DNA from: Eledone cirrhosa
Lineage: Eukaryota
Length of the DNA stretch: 64,000 nt
NCBI GenBank assembly: GCA_964016885.1
Contig: OZ024743.1
Location: 434,001 to 498,000 of the forward strand
Reading direction: 5' to 3'
Positions 1 to 13,159 of this stretch are shown piece by piece; the stretch's first letter is position 1, and every line of letters begins with the position of its first letter. The position numbers and the translations under genes were made by a program. The notes beneath the pieces were generated by a model. That model was given only the letters and a program-made list of their open reading frames with translations, did no database searches and had not been told where the DNA came from.

Positions 1-88
1 CAAAGTCTAATACTTTTATATGGCCCTAATATAAATATATAATCCTCTACCTTTTTTCATAGAAGCGCAGACACTCCTTTGTGGAATC

Positions 89-105
89 CACTTTGGGAAC
101 CACTG
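89..105. mobile_element. Probable terminal inverted repeat of a hAT-like MITE (element end; the rest lies upstream or outside the window)
   Basis: cactttgggaaccactg is the reverse complement of CAGTGGTTCCCAAAGTG, a typical hAT/Charlie-type terminus. No partner TIR was seen. Confidence 0.35.
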
Positions 106-630
106 TTCTAAGTGATTGCTTGACCTACTAGAAATACCAACTAAATTGACCTCACATCATTACACATTACATTTTATAAGAAAAGGCGGCATATTGAATA
201 TACTATATCTGTAAAAGAAGAAAAGGATGACATAGCGACGAGTGGAAAGTGTTTGATCCTAGTTGCGATGTACGAAGGCAACCATGGTTGTACAGCACTG
301 CATGTTCAGTGTGTTATTAGGACAGGCTGCTAGTATAGCGGGATGGTTAGGCTCGCTTGATATAGCCTCGGGTCGACCCACATTTTGAGTGAAATTGGGT
401 ACACGACATTTGTGTATTTGTGTATATGACTATGTATGTATGTATGTGTGAGTGCGTGAGTGTGTGTGTGTGTGTATGTTATCATATATGCATGGATGGA
501 TGTATAAATATATAAAAAAGGCAAACAAATAAACTGAATAGCTGACCCGTGTACAAATATAGCTAATTAGGAAGATAGATAAATACATATAGAAAGAACC
601 AGAATTGCACAAGTAGTAATCCTATAAAGG

Positions 631-830
<200 letters not shown>

Positions 831-1308
831 ATAATGTGTGCGTATGTATGTATATATTATGTGCGTGTGTATGTATGTATACATTATGTGCGTGTGTATC
901 TATGTATATATTATGTTTGAATGTGTGTGTGGATTTATGGATAGATAGATAGGATAAAGAAGATAGAAAAAGAGATAGAAATATTTGGTGGAGGAGCCGA
1001 GATAAGAAAGTGGGGTATGATATTAAAGGGAAAATAGTAGAAAGAGAAAAAGACATGGAGTTACAACAACTGGCATGTGATGGAACCAGTTGAAAAGAAA
1101 ACATTTCAATGCAGAAATAGGGATCATGCTAAGTCGATTAACGCCTACAGTTCTTTACAAAAGGAAGGGAACATTTACATGACCCAGATTTATTTGTTTT
1201 TATAGAGCAATTGTCTATAAAATACAACTGCCCCACGGACAAATTTTCAGATATGTCTGGGATATAACATTTAAATATTTATCTTGTGATTTGACTGGAC
1301 GTAATAAT

Positions 1309-1491
1309 AATTGTTTCTACTTTTGGCACAGGGCCAGCAATTACCCCAGTACATTACTGGTACTTTATTTTATCGACCCCGTAAGGATGAAAGGTAAAGT
1401 CAACCTCGGCGGGATTTGAACTCAGATCATAAAGGGAGGTAACTCTATTCTTCAAAGCATGGCATCCGACCCTCTACCGATACTGCCAATC
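1309..1491 (-). mobile_element. tRNA-derived SINE (abundant family)
   Basis: Minus strand has A-box TGGCAGTATCGG, B-box GAGTTCAAATCC and the central motif CCTTTCATCCTTACGGGGTCGATAAAATAAAGTACCAG. More than 10 homologous copies in the window. Confidence 0.85.
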
Positions 1492-1594
1492 GAGGATAAC
1501 AATGAAGACGGTGATGATGATGATAATGATAATGATGATGACGGTGGTGATAATAATGATAATGTTGATGACGGTGGTGATGAGAAAGATAATA

Positions 1595-1770
1595 CTGGTT
1601 TCTGATTTAGGCACAAGGCCAACAATTTTGGGAGGGGTGGGGGCGAGAGTCGATTAAATCGACCCTAGTGCATTACTGGTACTTTATTTCATCGACCCCC
1701 GTAAGGATGAAAAGCAAAGCTAACCTCGGTGGGATTTGAAACAGAGCGTAAAGAGATGTAACTCAATGTT
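1595..1770 (-). mobile_element. tRNA-derived SINE copy (5'-truncated)
   Basis: Homologous to 1309-1491. Confidence 0.75.
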
Positions 1771-1773
1771 GCC

Positions 1774-1804
<31 letters not shown>

Positions 1805-1949
1805 TTCTTTATTGACTCAAGGGCCTACATATAGGGGACAGGGAGCGGAGACAGGTCTGCAGTATCGTGTTTGTTAAAGTGATCGCATCCCATTCTCTCT
1901 CTGTGTATCGCATCCCTCTCTCTCTTTCTGTATATATATATATATATGA

Positions 1950-2004
1950 GTCCAGAATTAGCCGTCGAAACGGCTTGAGCTCAGCCGCCGGGGTCCTACT
2001 CGTT

Positions 2005-2051
<47 letters not shown>

Positions 2052-2158
2052 CGAAGGAAATGTGGTAAGGAACCAGGTGGACCATAACGCACCAAAGTAC
2101 TCAATCCAGAATTAGCCGTCGAAACGGCTTGAGCTCAGCCGCCGGGGTCCTACTCGTT

Positions 2159-2255
<97 letters not shown>

Positions 2256-2362
2256 CGAAGGAAATGTGGTAAGGAACCAGGTGGACCATAACGCACCAAA
2301 GTACTCAATCCAGAATTAGCCGTCGAAACGGCTTGAGCTCAGCTGTCGGGGTCTTACTGGTT

Positions 2363-2364
<2 letters not shown>
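1950..2364 (+). repeat. Tandem copies of a ~110-bp structured element separated by (TA)n
   Basis: Partial copy 1950-2007, full copies about 2050-2160 and 2254-2364. Related sequence at 8526-8578 and 63145-63322. Confidence 0.85.
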
Positions 2365-2393
<29 letters not shown>

Positions 2394-2399
<6 letters not shown>

Positions 2400-3261
2400 G
2401 GAAATCAGTAAAATCGAATCTCTGGCGGTTTGCAAGTAAATTCGGCCTACTTATATGAAATGATGAGTTAGCAAAGCACTCGATAAGATAGGACCTCAGA
2501 GTAATAACATACGTTTAAATAGCTTGACAAATCGAACTGGTAGGCGGAACTAACACACAATATATACTAAAGTAACGATAGAACTAATCAGGTTGAGAAA
2601 AATACACCTGGACAAATCAAACGAACAATCGTTTAAAGTGTTTCTTTGAATCCGAAATCAAATATCAGACTTACGTGAATTGCAAGCTTATGGTATTGGT
2701 GATCGAACGGGGGATTAAGTTTATCAACAGGTATTTCGTTCTGCCTAGGACCGGAGTGATAAATTATATGTTGCTGCTCCATATGGCTGCTAATCGCATC
2801 TATAGTTATCACGTGTTAATTCCGGCAAGGGAAATAACCACCGGTTTTAGGCGGGTCATTCAAAATGCTAGCGAAAGTAAATATTTTAATTTCCGCTAAT
2901 CATCATGATAAGCTCTCAACTAGATGTTATAAAACAAACACAAATAATTAACCAATCAACAGAATTGTCTCATTAAATTAATTAGTTAATTATTAAATCT
3001 AGCAGAATAATATAATTGGAAATCAGTAAAATCAAATCTCTGGCGGTTTGCAAGTAAATTCGGCCTACTTATATGAAATGATGAGTTAGCAAAGCACTCG
3101 ATAAGATAGGACCTCAGAGTAATAACATACGTTTAAATAGCTTGACAAATCGAACATTGTGGTAGGCGAAACTAACACACAATATATATACCAGAGCAAC
3201 GATAGAACTAATCAGGTTGAGAAAAGTACACCTGGACAAATCAAACGAACAATCGTTTAAA
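2394..3261 (-). mobile_element. (TA)n-flanked non-coding element as a partial tandem (~617-bp unit, ~1.4-mer) with a hammerhead variant
   Basis: Direct repeats about 2394-2637 and 3011-3261, (TA)n on both sides. Shares motifs CCTGGACAAAT and ATCAACAGGTAT with 48925-49737. Confidence 0.7.
2604..2734 (-). ncRNA. Type I hammerhead ribozyme variant (U3-A8 core, long stems II and III)
   Basis: Minus strand: AUACCUG-UUGAUAA-[AAUCC...GGAUU]-GAAA-CA..AAACGA/UCGUUU..UG-UC-CAGGUGU. Stem I 7 bp, GUC site. The base of stem II is imperfect. Confidence 0.6.
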
Positions 3262-3802
3262 TATATATATATATAATTACATTAAGGAAGAATTCGTTAT
3301 TGTTTCGAACCGCTTAGGGTTTTAGTGAAATTTATGGTAGTTTATATTTTGTACTCCATTCTAGGCGGCTTTGACTACCATTTCATTAATAGGGAATACA
3401 TTGCATTTGAGAATTTATCTATGCGCACCTTAACTCCTGATGGAGATATATGAGCGCCGTCGGATATACCTTAAACCTAGCGAAGCCCATCCATAAATGA
3501 TTTCTTCCAAAGAAAGAGAGATCGAGAGAAATTGGAAAAGAAAGATAGTGGATGAATTGAACCAGTACTAGATGATACTTTATTTATCGACCTTAACATG
3601 ATGAAAAGCAAAACTGACCTCGAAAGTTGACCATGCGTAACTTCAATGACTTTGCCATTTTGCCTTTTCGGAATATGTATGTATACATATATTTGAATTT
3701 CCTTTTTTGCTTGAATGAATATACGTTTGTAGATACTCATGCTACATAATCTTATTTTAATATTCTACAAAAATTAACTCTCTCTAGCCAACCACTATCT
3801 CT

Positions 3803-3858
<56 letters not shown>

Positions 3859-3859
3859 C

Positions 3860-4598
3860 TGGAGAATAGAAATGGCTGTGTAGTTGCTATTTAAGGTCAC
3901 TTAAAATGCAGTGGGAATACGAAGAAAGCAAGAACGGGTGAGGGGGGGGGTTCCTCATCAGTTGTCTACTGGGGGTCTAGGATATTTCTACGCTTTAAAG
4001 ACAAGATACCACTTCACCCCAGGACGTCAATAACTGGATAAGTTATTGGGAAAACGAAGGAAGGAGGGAAGGAAAGCAAAGGGGAAGAAAACAGAAACAG
4101 TAACAAAACAGCGAAAAAAACAAACACAAACCGAGCAATGTGCCAGCAACTATAGGTAGGAAATCCAAGACCACTCGATAATAGAACTTAAGTTCGAGAC
4201 CGAGTAATCGAGAGAAACCAGACACACGTCTGATCACCGGAGTTGTAAGTGAGAAGAGAACTGATAAACGGTCAGTCGAGAGGGTGAAAGTGAGAGGGAG
4301 AAAGGGAGAGGAAGAAAGTGGGGTAAGAGTAGATAGGGAAAAAGGGAGGGGAAGAAAGAAGAGTAAGAGTAGAAAGTGGCGAAATAGGTAGATAAAAGGG
4401 GAGAGAAGAATGGTCACAGCGAAAAACATGATGAAATATATGGAGAATAGAAATGGGTGTGTAGTTGCTATTTAAGGTAACTTAAAATGCAGTGGGAATA
4501 CGAAGAAAGCAATAACAGGGGGGGGGGGGGAGGGGAGTTCCTCATCAGTTGTCTACTGGAGGTTTAGGATATTTCTACACTTTAAAGACAGGATACCA
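3860..4598 (-). repeat. Direct-repeat (pLTR-like) element abutting (TA)n, ~580-bp unit
   Basis: 3860-4010 is repeated at 4441-4598. Contains CTGATGA on the minus strand. Homolog at 63916-64000. Confidence 0.65.
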
Positions 4599-4619
4599 TG
4601 TCTGTCTATCTGTCTGTAC

Positions 4620-5195
4620 GAACGAGAAAGATAGCTACGAGGTCCGAACACTGACGCGGCTTTCTTTCGACGGGATTGCGTAGCGGCGACACACACACAT
4701 ATACAAGTCCGCTTCAAAAACGAAGGAGAGGCGGTTTTCCTATGTGTTATGGCTATGGTGAAAGAGGTTATATGGTGGACGAGGTTAAAAGGGCTGAGGT
4801 CAGACACCTTTCTCTCCGGCGAACAACTGATTCGTTTTTTCAAATATCATTTTGGAAGAAGAATCAGGATGGAGAGAGAGGTGCTGTACCCCAGCAAATT
4901 TTATGAAAGGTGGGTGAATGTGGCAAAGATGGCCCGAGTGGTTGGACCTTCTCTCTATATAAGCCTGTGAGGAAAAAGAGAAAGAGAGGAAGGGAGTACT
5001 CACTCTTGGTGCTCCTGGAGATGAGGGTGTACATTTTTTCGGAGTGTGTACAACCCCCGTGTAACGCCACCCCCCTATTGGGGATTTCAATTGTTATTTG
5101 TTATTTTATTAATAGTTTTATTTTCATATACCTGTATGTAAACTCCCCATTTGTATTTGTCCCCTTCTTTTGTGCCCTTGTGGCTAATAAAGAAA
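4620..5195 (+). mobile_element. 3' fragment of a Tx1/L1 LINE (same family as 41.1-45.7 kb)
   Basis: ORF 4749-4970 (EVIWWTRLKGLRS...GPSLYISL) matches the C-terminus of ORF 41384-43015. Followed by the 3' UTR and AATAAA. Confidence 0.9.
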
Positions 5196-5455
5196 TGTAT
5201 CTATTTATATATCTATCTGTCAGTGAATGCATTCACTGCATTTTTCATTCCAATAAAAACATTCTAAAGACCCGCCTCTCTACGTTTTGTAAAGGTTGTG
5301 GTAACATATGTTTAAGATAGCAGTCCACAGTTTTGCATATCTATTATACTTATCTCACTAAACGTATGGATAGTCTCAGTTAATCGAAGATTTTTAAAAC
5401 ACTATATTGAATACGCTATATCCTACCATATTTCTTTTTATTAATTATGCAGAAA

Positions 5456-5645
5456 GGGCGGGGAATTGGCAGTATCGGTAGAGGGTTGGACGCCATGCTT
5501 TCTAGCATAGTTACGTCCCTTTACAGTCTTAGTTCAAATCCCGCCGAGGTTAACTTTGCCTTTCATCCTTACGGGGTCGATAAAATAAAGTACCAGTAAT
5601 GTACTGGTTTATTGCTGGCCTTGTGCCTAAAGTAGAAACAATTAA
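5456..5645 (+). mobile_element. tRNA-derived SINE
   Basis: A-box tggcagtatcgg, B-box agttcaaatcc, conserved body. Confidence 0.85.
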
Positions 5646-6706
5646 TTATGCAGAACATTCCCCTGAAGTACCGTCCCTTGTTTCTGTATAATTAGCAGAG
5701 TATGAAGGGAGCATCATATATATTCGAACGTATTTCTATTTAAATACGGTCAACAGTTGATAGACACACTTTATTCTGTACATTTTGTTTCAGAGATCGA
5801 TTTCATGCCAGCGTTGCCAGCCAACGACACACATATCAGTGATACGTCGCTACTGCTGATAGTAGTGTTTCAATGTGGTCACTCGACCTGTTAAGAATTT
5901 TCCACAAATTACATTGAAAACAGAGAGATGATGAATGCCTTGATATTCGATGCCGAGAGAAATGACGAAATAGGGATGGAATGAATTTAATCCGAGGTCT
6001 GGTCTGTTATAGTTGTTGTTTTGGCTAATCAACAAGAAAAGCAGCAAAACACAGCTGCAACAGCACCAGCAGTAAAGTTGAAATATGTTCCCCCATGTTG
6101 CCTTTTTGTTGGTTGGTAAATTGTTATTGCTGTGTTAAGTAGATAACTGATTAGACACAGTACAGCATAACATATGAGATACGAATCATTAATTTGGTGG
6201 TGTGGTCGATATATGTTATCAGATATATCTAGTCCGCCAGCTGTGACTTTAAACCAAACAAAAACTAACAAATCTACGGTTTTATATTAGTGTAATTCAC
6301 TGTTTACCTATATATGGTTCAATCTGCACATTTACTTCATCCGATTCGAGATATCATTTCGAGAAAGAAGACAATGTGTGGCCGGGGACAGAAAAGTATG
6401 GATTAAATAAATCTCTTGTGGTATTTACTGCACTTCTTATACAGTTTTAGTTCAAATGTCGGTGTGATCAATTTCGATTTTCTGTGGTCAACAAAATATA
6501 TTCCAGGTATAGCCATTTTACAAATTTAAAAGTTTGCGCATATGTTAGAAACCAATATAATTTCAGGCTAATAACGCAAATATATATATAATATATATAT
6601 TTTAAAAATATATTTTCTACTGTGGATAAACTGAATTTGGCTGCATGGGTAAAGAGATTCACTGAGGTACACGGTAAAATGAGCATTTTGAGTACGAATA
6701 TATATA

Positions 6707-7076
6707 ATTGTTTATACTTTTGGCACAAGGCCAGTAATTATTTCAGTGCATTACTGGTGCTTTATTTTTATGGACCCTGTAAGGATGAAAGCAAAGTTAA
6801 CCTCGGCGGGATTTGAACTCAGACAGTAAAGGGCCGTAACTCGATGTCGCAAACAGCGTCCGACCCTCAACCGATACTGCCAACATATATAATTGTTTCT
6901 ACTTTTGTTACAAAGACAGCAATTATCCCAGTGTATTACTAGTACTTTATTTTATCGACCACGTAAGGATGAAAGGCAAAGTTAACCTCCGCGGGTTTTG
7001 AACTCAGACCATAAAGGGCTGTAACTCTTTACTGCAAAGCATGGCGTCCGACCCTCTACCGATACTGCCAATCCAC
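6707..7076 (-). mobile_element. Two tandem SINE copies (6707-6884, 6891-7076)
   Basis: Two adjacent homologs of the SINE family. Confidence 0.85.
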
Positions 7077-8143
7077 CATATAATGTCGACAAGCCAGTTT
7101 CGATGGCGAACGTCTTCAACACACAGCTATGCCTACGACAACTGCAAGGCATTCAATCAAATGAATATTGAAAATAATGAGTGATGCATGCATTTCTGTC
7201 TGCAAATCCAGTCAGTGATATGAATTTGAATGCTTAAAGACTTATTATTTTGATAGGGATTTTAAATGTCAACAGAGAAAGACAGTTATATTTTCTCGCA
7301 AAGATACGGGTAGAGGCAGTATGTCTGTTTTTACTGTTCATAATTCCTAGATCGTCATGCAAAGGCAGAGAAAGAACTGAAATATTTAATCATGCTATCT
7401 AGGAACAGAAATTTCAAATTATGTATAAAAATTCCACCCAGGAAAAACAGTCGATGATTGAAACCCAAATTACATCCTAATTGTGAGAGAAAATATTTAC
7501 GATATTATTTTTATGAGAAATGATACGGGTGCTAGGAGACTATGGAATGGAATCTAGAAGACCAGTACCATTAATTTAAGTGAATATATTCAAAATGTTA
7601 GGACTAGGGAATATTGATACAATTCAAAGAAAAAACCCAACAAGCTAGAAAATCAACTCAATTAAACGGTGTTGGATAAATGACATGGCCAGCAATCCAC
7701 AAGTGGAATGCTGCCCACACAATACCAATGTTGCGAGAAAATATGAGAATGAAGAAAGTTTATAGATCTCTGAGGATATCTTTACTGCTGCAGAATACAA
7801 AGAAAAAAATTCTGTTTTATCTCATTCATTATTGAAGAAATGAGTTGTAGGCCAACGTGCTATGAACGAACATGGGTCTCAGAAAAGGGAAGTAAAACCA
7901 TAATTCATTTCAGATGGGCATCATGTTAGCAGGAACGATAATTAATAACAATAGTGAGATATAAATAATGAGCATTCTTGAAGAGGACATTACAAAAAAT
8001 CTCGACATTGAATATATTCTCATTTCAACAGTCCCTAACTATTTACATCATTCACTCTCTGCCATCGTTTTCACCTATTTCTCACTATCCCGCTCCCTTT
8101 CAAACTGTCTCTATATATAAACGTGCCAAGTTGCTGGCACGTA

Positions 8144-8341
8144 GAACCACCAAGATCCAATCATTACACACATAAACCCATATATACTTACACACATAAA
8201 CCCATATATACTTACACGCTTAGATATATTCCATTTGAGGTTAATGTGAACAAATATTTGTATGAAATAGCTCTCTTTCTCTATGTCTGCCTCACAATCT
8301 CTCACTCTCAAACACACATTAACACACACTTATACATTGAC

Positions 8342-8376
<35 letters not shown>

Positions 8377-8525
8377 AGGCAGACATAGAGAAAGAGAGCT
8401 ATTTCATACAAATATTTGTTCACATTAACCTCAAATGGAATATATCTAAGCGTGTAAGTATATATGGGTTTATGTGTGTAAGTATATATGGGTTTACGTG
8501 TGTAATGATTGAATGTTGGTGGTTC
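8144..8525. repeat. Inverted repeat (~150-bp arms 8144-8296 and 8373-8525) around (TA)n
   Basis: Arms are near-perfect reverse complements. The right arm runs directly into the structured element at 8526-8578. Confidence 0.85.
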
Positions 8526-8576
8526 AGAATTAGCCGTCGAAACGGCTTGAGCTCAGCCGTCGTGGTCTTACTTGTT

Positions 8577-8622
<46 letters not shown>

Positions 8623-8719
8623 TGTACTTCCACATGGACATAAACATACATAATTATAGTCTCATAAATATGTATGTATGTATACATATACACACACACA
8701 TACACACACACGCACGCAC

Positions 8720-8848
<129 letters not shown>

Positions 8849-8945
8849 TATGTATGTATGGTCCCGTAACTCCTGATAGAGTTGTAGGGGCGCCGTATTG
8901 ACATACGGCATTTTAAGCCTGGCGGAGCCCATCCCACTCCAGACC

Positions 8946-8988
<43 letters not shown>

Positions 8989-9003
8989 GAGATAGACAGA
9001 TAT

Positions 9004-9036
<33 letters not shown>

Positions 9037-9049
9037 GAGATAGATATGT

Positions 9050-9348
9050 TTCTTTATTAGCCACAGGGGCACAAAAGAAGGGGACAAATACAAAGGGGGA
9101 AGTTTACATACAATAAAAACGTGTAAAAAGTTAGTCGATTTTCCCCAATAGGGGGGGGGGGCACACACAGTTCATATGGGTAACACATACCCCCGAAAAA
9201 ATGTGCAACCCTCAACTCCAGGTGTACAAAAAGCTTGTAGTCCTTTCCTCTCCTCCTCCTTTTCCTCAACCTACAGGCTAATATAGAGAGAAGGCCCATT
9301 CACTCGGGCCATTCTCGCCACTTTCACCCACCTTTCATAAAACTTGCT
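9050..9348 (-). mobile_element. 3' end fragment of a Tx1/L1 LINE within (GATA)n
   Basis: Matches 41150-41460. GATA arrays on both sides. Confidence 0.85.
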
Positions 9349-11626
9349 GATAGATAGATAGATAGATAGGTAGATAGATAGATAGATAGGTAGATAGATA
9401 GATATGTAGGTGGCTAGATAGACGCGCGGACACACAAATATTTGTAGGAAATGCCTGCAAATGTTCGCTATTCACATCTTAAAGTTAAAACATAGTATAT
9501 ATGTACCTGACAACCGACTAATCAGGTTAGCTGGCTGTGAAATTATTTGCATACATAGGTAACCAACGATTGAATAAATGTCAGCTTTAGAACATTCATT
9601 TCAAACCTTTTAAAGTCGTAACATTTAGATCTTTCGGACCAAACATGTATACTTATGCATATAAAGACAGTTACACACTCGCACATATACATGCATACAT
9701 ACATACACACATATCTACGTACATACATACATATATACATACATACATACATACATACATACATACATACATACATACATACATACATACATACATACGC
9801 ATGCAAATATACAAACAAATAAATGCGCGCACACACATATGTATCGTAAAATATCTCTAAGATCTCAGAAATGTTAATTAGAAATTGTTTCACTGGAAAG
9901 AATTAAAAAGAAACGAATAGAGATAGGGGAACGAAAGAGATAAGGAGTGAGAGAGCGATATAGAGAGCAGGAGGGTGAGAGAGAGAGGAGGATAAATGGA
10001 GAGGAAGGGAAAGATAGCGAGAGCGTATTAGATTACAGTTAATTGTAAATTTGTCCGGGATATAACATTTGGTATGGTCGTTAGTTTTCGGATCAATGGG
10101 CCTACCGACCAAAGAAACCACATTTTATTGATATTAACGTACCGACTCCCACCTCCCTCAGTCAGTCTTGTCACAACAGCTCTATAGAGCGAAAGTTTTT
10201 GTTATTTAGCCACAGGTCAGACGTGATAGAAATGGTTTATTATCAATATCATTTTACTCGTGACCACCACAACTTTAAGCACAAAAATTTGTCTGAGATT
10301 ATATTATCCAATATGTATATTTTTAAGTGGCATGATTTATTTTAAAGAGATTTGGCTGTTATTTCTAGGAAATTGAATGACTGTGAAAGGAGGATCCAGT
10401 GACACGTGAGCTGCAACTCACATGTGTGCCATTGAATTCTTCTTTGTGGGTTTTGGAATTTTTCCATATTTTTATATGTAAAATATAATATTAATGTGGA
10501 CCATGGGACCAAATCAAAACGTTCTTTCGGAGTATGTTGCTAATATCTGATAGAACATCGATCGTTAGCACTTAGGGAGGCGACTGGTCTATGATGATGT
10601 TTCAGGTCTAAAGTGTTGGTCCAGATCAGCCCTCCAGTTGTTTCCGAGATAGCAAAAGAGATAGCAAAGGGTCTGGGGAAGATAACAAAATGAAAGATTA
10701 GGGAAAAAACATTAAACTTGACTTGATATTTGTAATCATAATATACAATAAAATGTTTGAGATTTTATAAATAATTTTATTTCTGTTTTGTTGCATAAAT
10801 TTATTCATCTTCATAACCTTGTTTTATCATGTTAAAGGTTTCACGGGCGGTGGATTGGCAGAATAGAGATTCAGAGATTGGAAGTGCGAAGGAGTTGTAA
10901 AGGAAGAATCTACCCCAGTACTAAACTGGTACATTTTTTATTGATCTCGAATGGATGAAAGGCAAAATTGACTGCAGCGGGATTTGATCTGAGGGAGCAG
11001 AGAACCAAACCAAATATCGCAAAGCATTCTGTACGACGTCCTAATCACTTTCCCAATTCGCCGCCATCCCACAACTAGTATTATATAAAAATGTGGCACT
11101 TGAACACATGAATTAATGTAGGTAGTGTCACCTAGTATAAAATAATAAATTATCATTTCCAATAGAAACCATGCTGTCGGACATAAAATCAGCTATTTAG
11201 GTACTCATCAGTACTTAAACAACACTTATTTTATTGAGACACCGAGGAACGAAAGAAGAAGTCTACAAAGGTAGGATTCAAAATTAGAATGTAAAGAGAA
11301 TTAACTAAATACTACTAGGTATTTTGTCCTTCCGCAATTCATAATTAGTCAATGTAGCAGCCCAAATTACAAAAATAAAGACACACAAAAGTAATAAACG
11401 TCAACAAACATATTTTCGCAAACATTTAGGGCAAATAGGCGCCTGTCAGAGAATTTAGAAATTGGTGGAATTATACATACACACACATGCATACACACGC
11501 ACACATGCACACATTTATATATGCACACACACACACACACACACACATGCACACATTTATATATTCATACACACACACACACACACACGCACACACCACA
11601 CAAACAAACAAACACACATATATATA

Positions 11627-11669
<43 letters not shown>

Positions 11670-12231
11670 TTGTGTGTGTGTCTGTATATGAAAAAGTAGG
11701 AAGAATTGTGGTGGGGGATATGTCTGCGAGCCCATATTGTATAGGGCTTTAATCTGGAATATGGGCGACTGTTAATTGAAATTAATTTCAGAGTGAAATA
11801 CATATATATATATATATGTGTGTGCGTATGTGTACGTGCGTATGTGTATATGTGTGTGTACATGTGCGTGTGTGTCTGTGTGTGTGTGTGTGTGTGCGTT
11901 CACACAAACAAACACATATATATATGTAGTTCAAACTGACTTCAATTAACAATCGCCCATATAACAGATTAAAGCCTTATACAATTTGGAGTCTCAGACG
12001 TATCCCCCCCCCCACCACAATCCTAACTACTTGTTCATTGAATCACAATAAATGAATAGGTGACAGCCGCTGTGCTGTCTCCATTAGAAGAAATGTGTCA
12101 GTATGACACCTAGTTTATACATACATACAAATATTCATCTATACATCCACACACATATACAGAAATACAAACATTCATCTATGCATCCATAAATACATAC
12201 TTACAAAGATCGATCAATTCATACATCCAGC

Positions 12232-12309
<78 letters not shown>

Positions 12310-12356
12310 ATACATTTAGTGGCCAATTGCTGGCCTTGTGCCTAACGTAGAAACAA

Positions 12357-12451
<95 letters not shown>

Positions 12452-12455
<4 letters not shown>

Positions 12456-13159
12456 TTCGTTTCTGAATTTGTTTAGCAAGATTCTTTATCTGAAATCGTG
12501 TGTTGAAACCGATATTGTTATACTTTGGGAGGGTCATGTTGCCAATAAGAAACACACGCACCAGTTGCTTTCACTTCAATTTAATTTAATATATATTTAT
12601 AAATTTACAAATTTATAAATTTCTGGTTGGTTGGTTGGTTCCACAACCAGATAGTTGTTTATATATATATAGTCATAGTTCTTTCGTCACACACTCTGTG
12701 ACCTCTTCAGTGACTGGGGATTTCTTTCTTCGTTTCTGTGCCTTTCCTTTCTTCTATCCTACGCCATTTTGTTTGTGTGTGGGTTGCGTGCTCAGTTTGC
12801 GCATGCGCCACATCCGGGTGTCTGTGTGTGTTTGTGTTCATTTTTCTATTTTTCTATTTATATTTGTTTGTTTATTTATTTATTTATTGTTGGTTGGTTG
12901 TTTGTTCTATGTGTGTGTGTGTTTTCATTTTGTCTTGTGTGTGTTTTCATTTTGTGTGTGTTTTCAATTGTAAGTTGTTTGTTCTATGTGTGTGTGTGTT
13001 TTCATTTTGTCCTTAATTGTAAGTTGTGATGTTGCTGTTCCACTCATATTTTCTATTTAATTTTGGTTGTAATTCTTTTATGCTTACTGCCTCTGTAATT
13101 TGCCTAAACATTGCGTCTTTCTTGTGTGTGGATTCTATTTTTATTTCTATGCTCTCTAA
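12452..13159 (-). repeat. PLE 3' pseudo-LTR
   Basis: Matches 16724-17431. One difference seen (13069 vs 17341). Confidence 0.9.
12671..12715 (-). ncRNA. Minimal type I hammerhead ribozyme in the PLE pLTR
   Basis: AGUCA-CUGAAGA-G-GUCAC(AGAGUGU)GUGAC-GAAA-GAAC-UA-UGACU. Stem I AGUCA/UGACU, minimal stem III. Confidence 0.8.
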
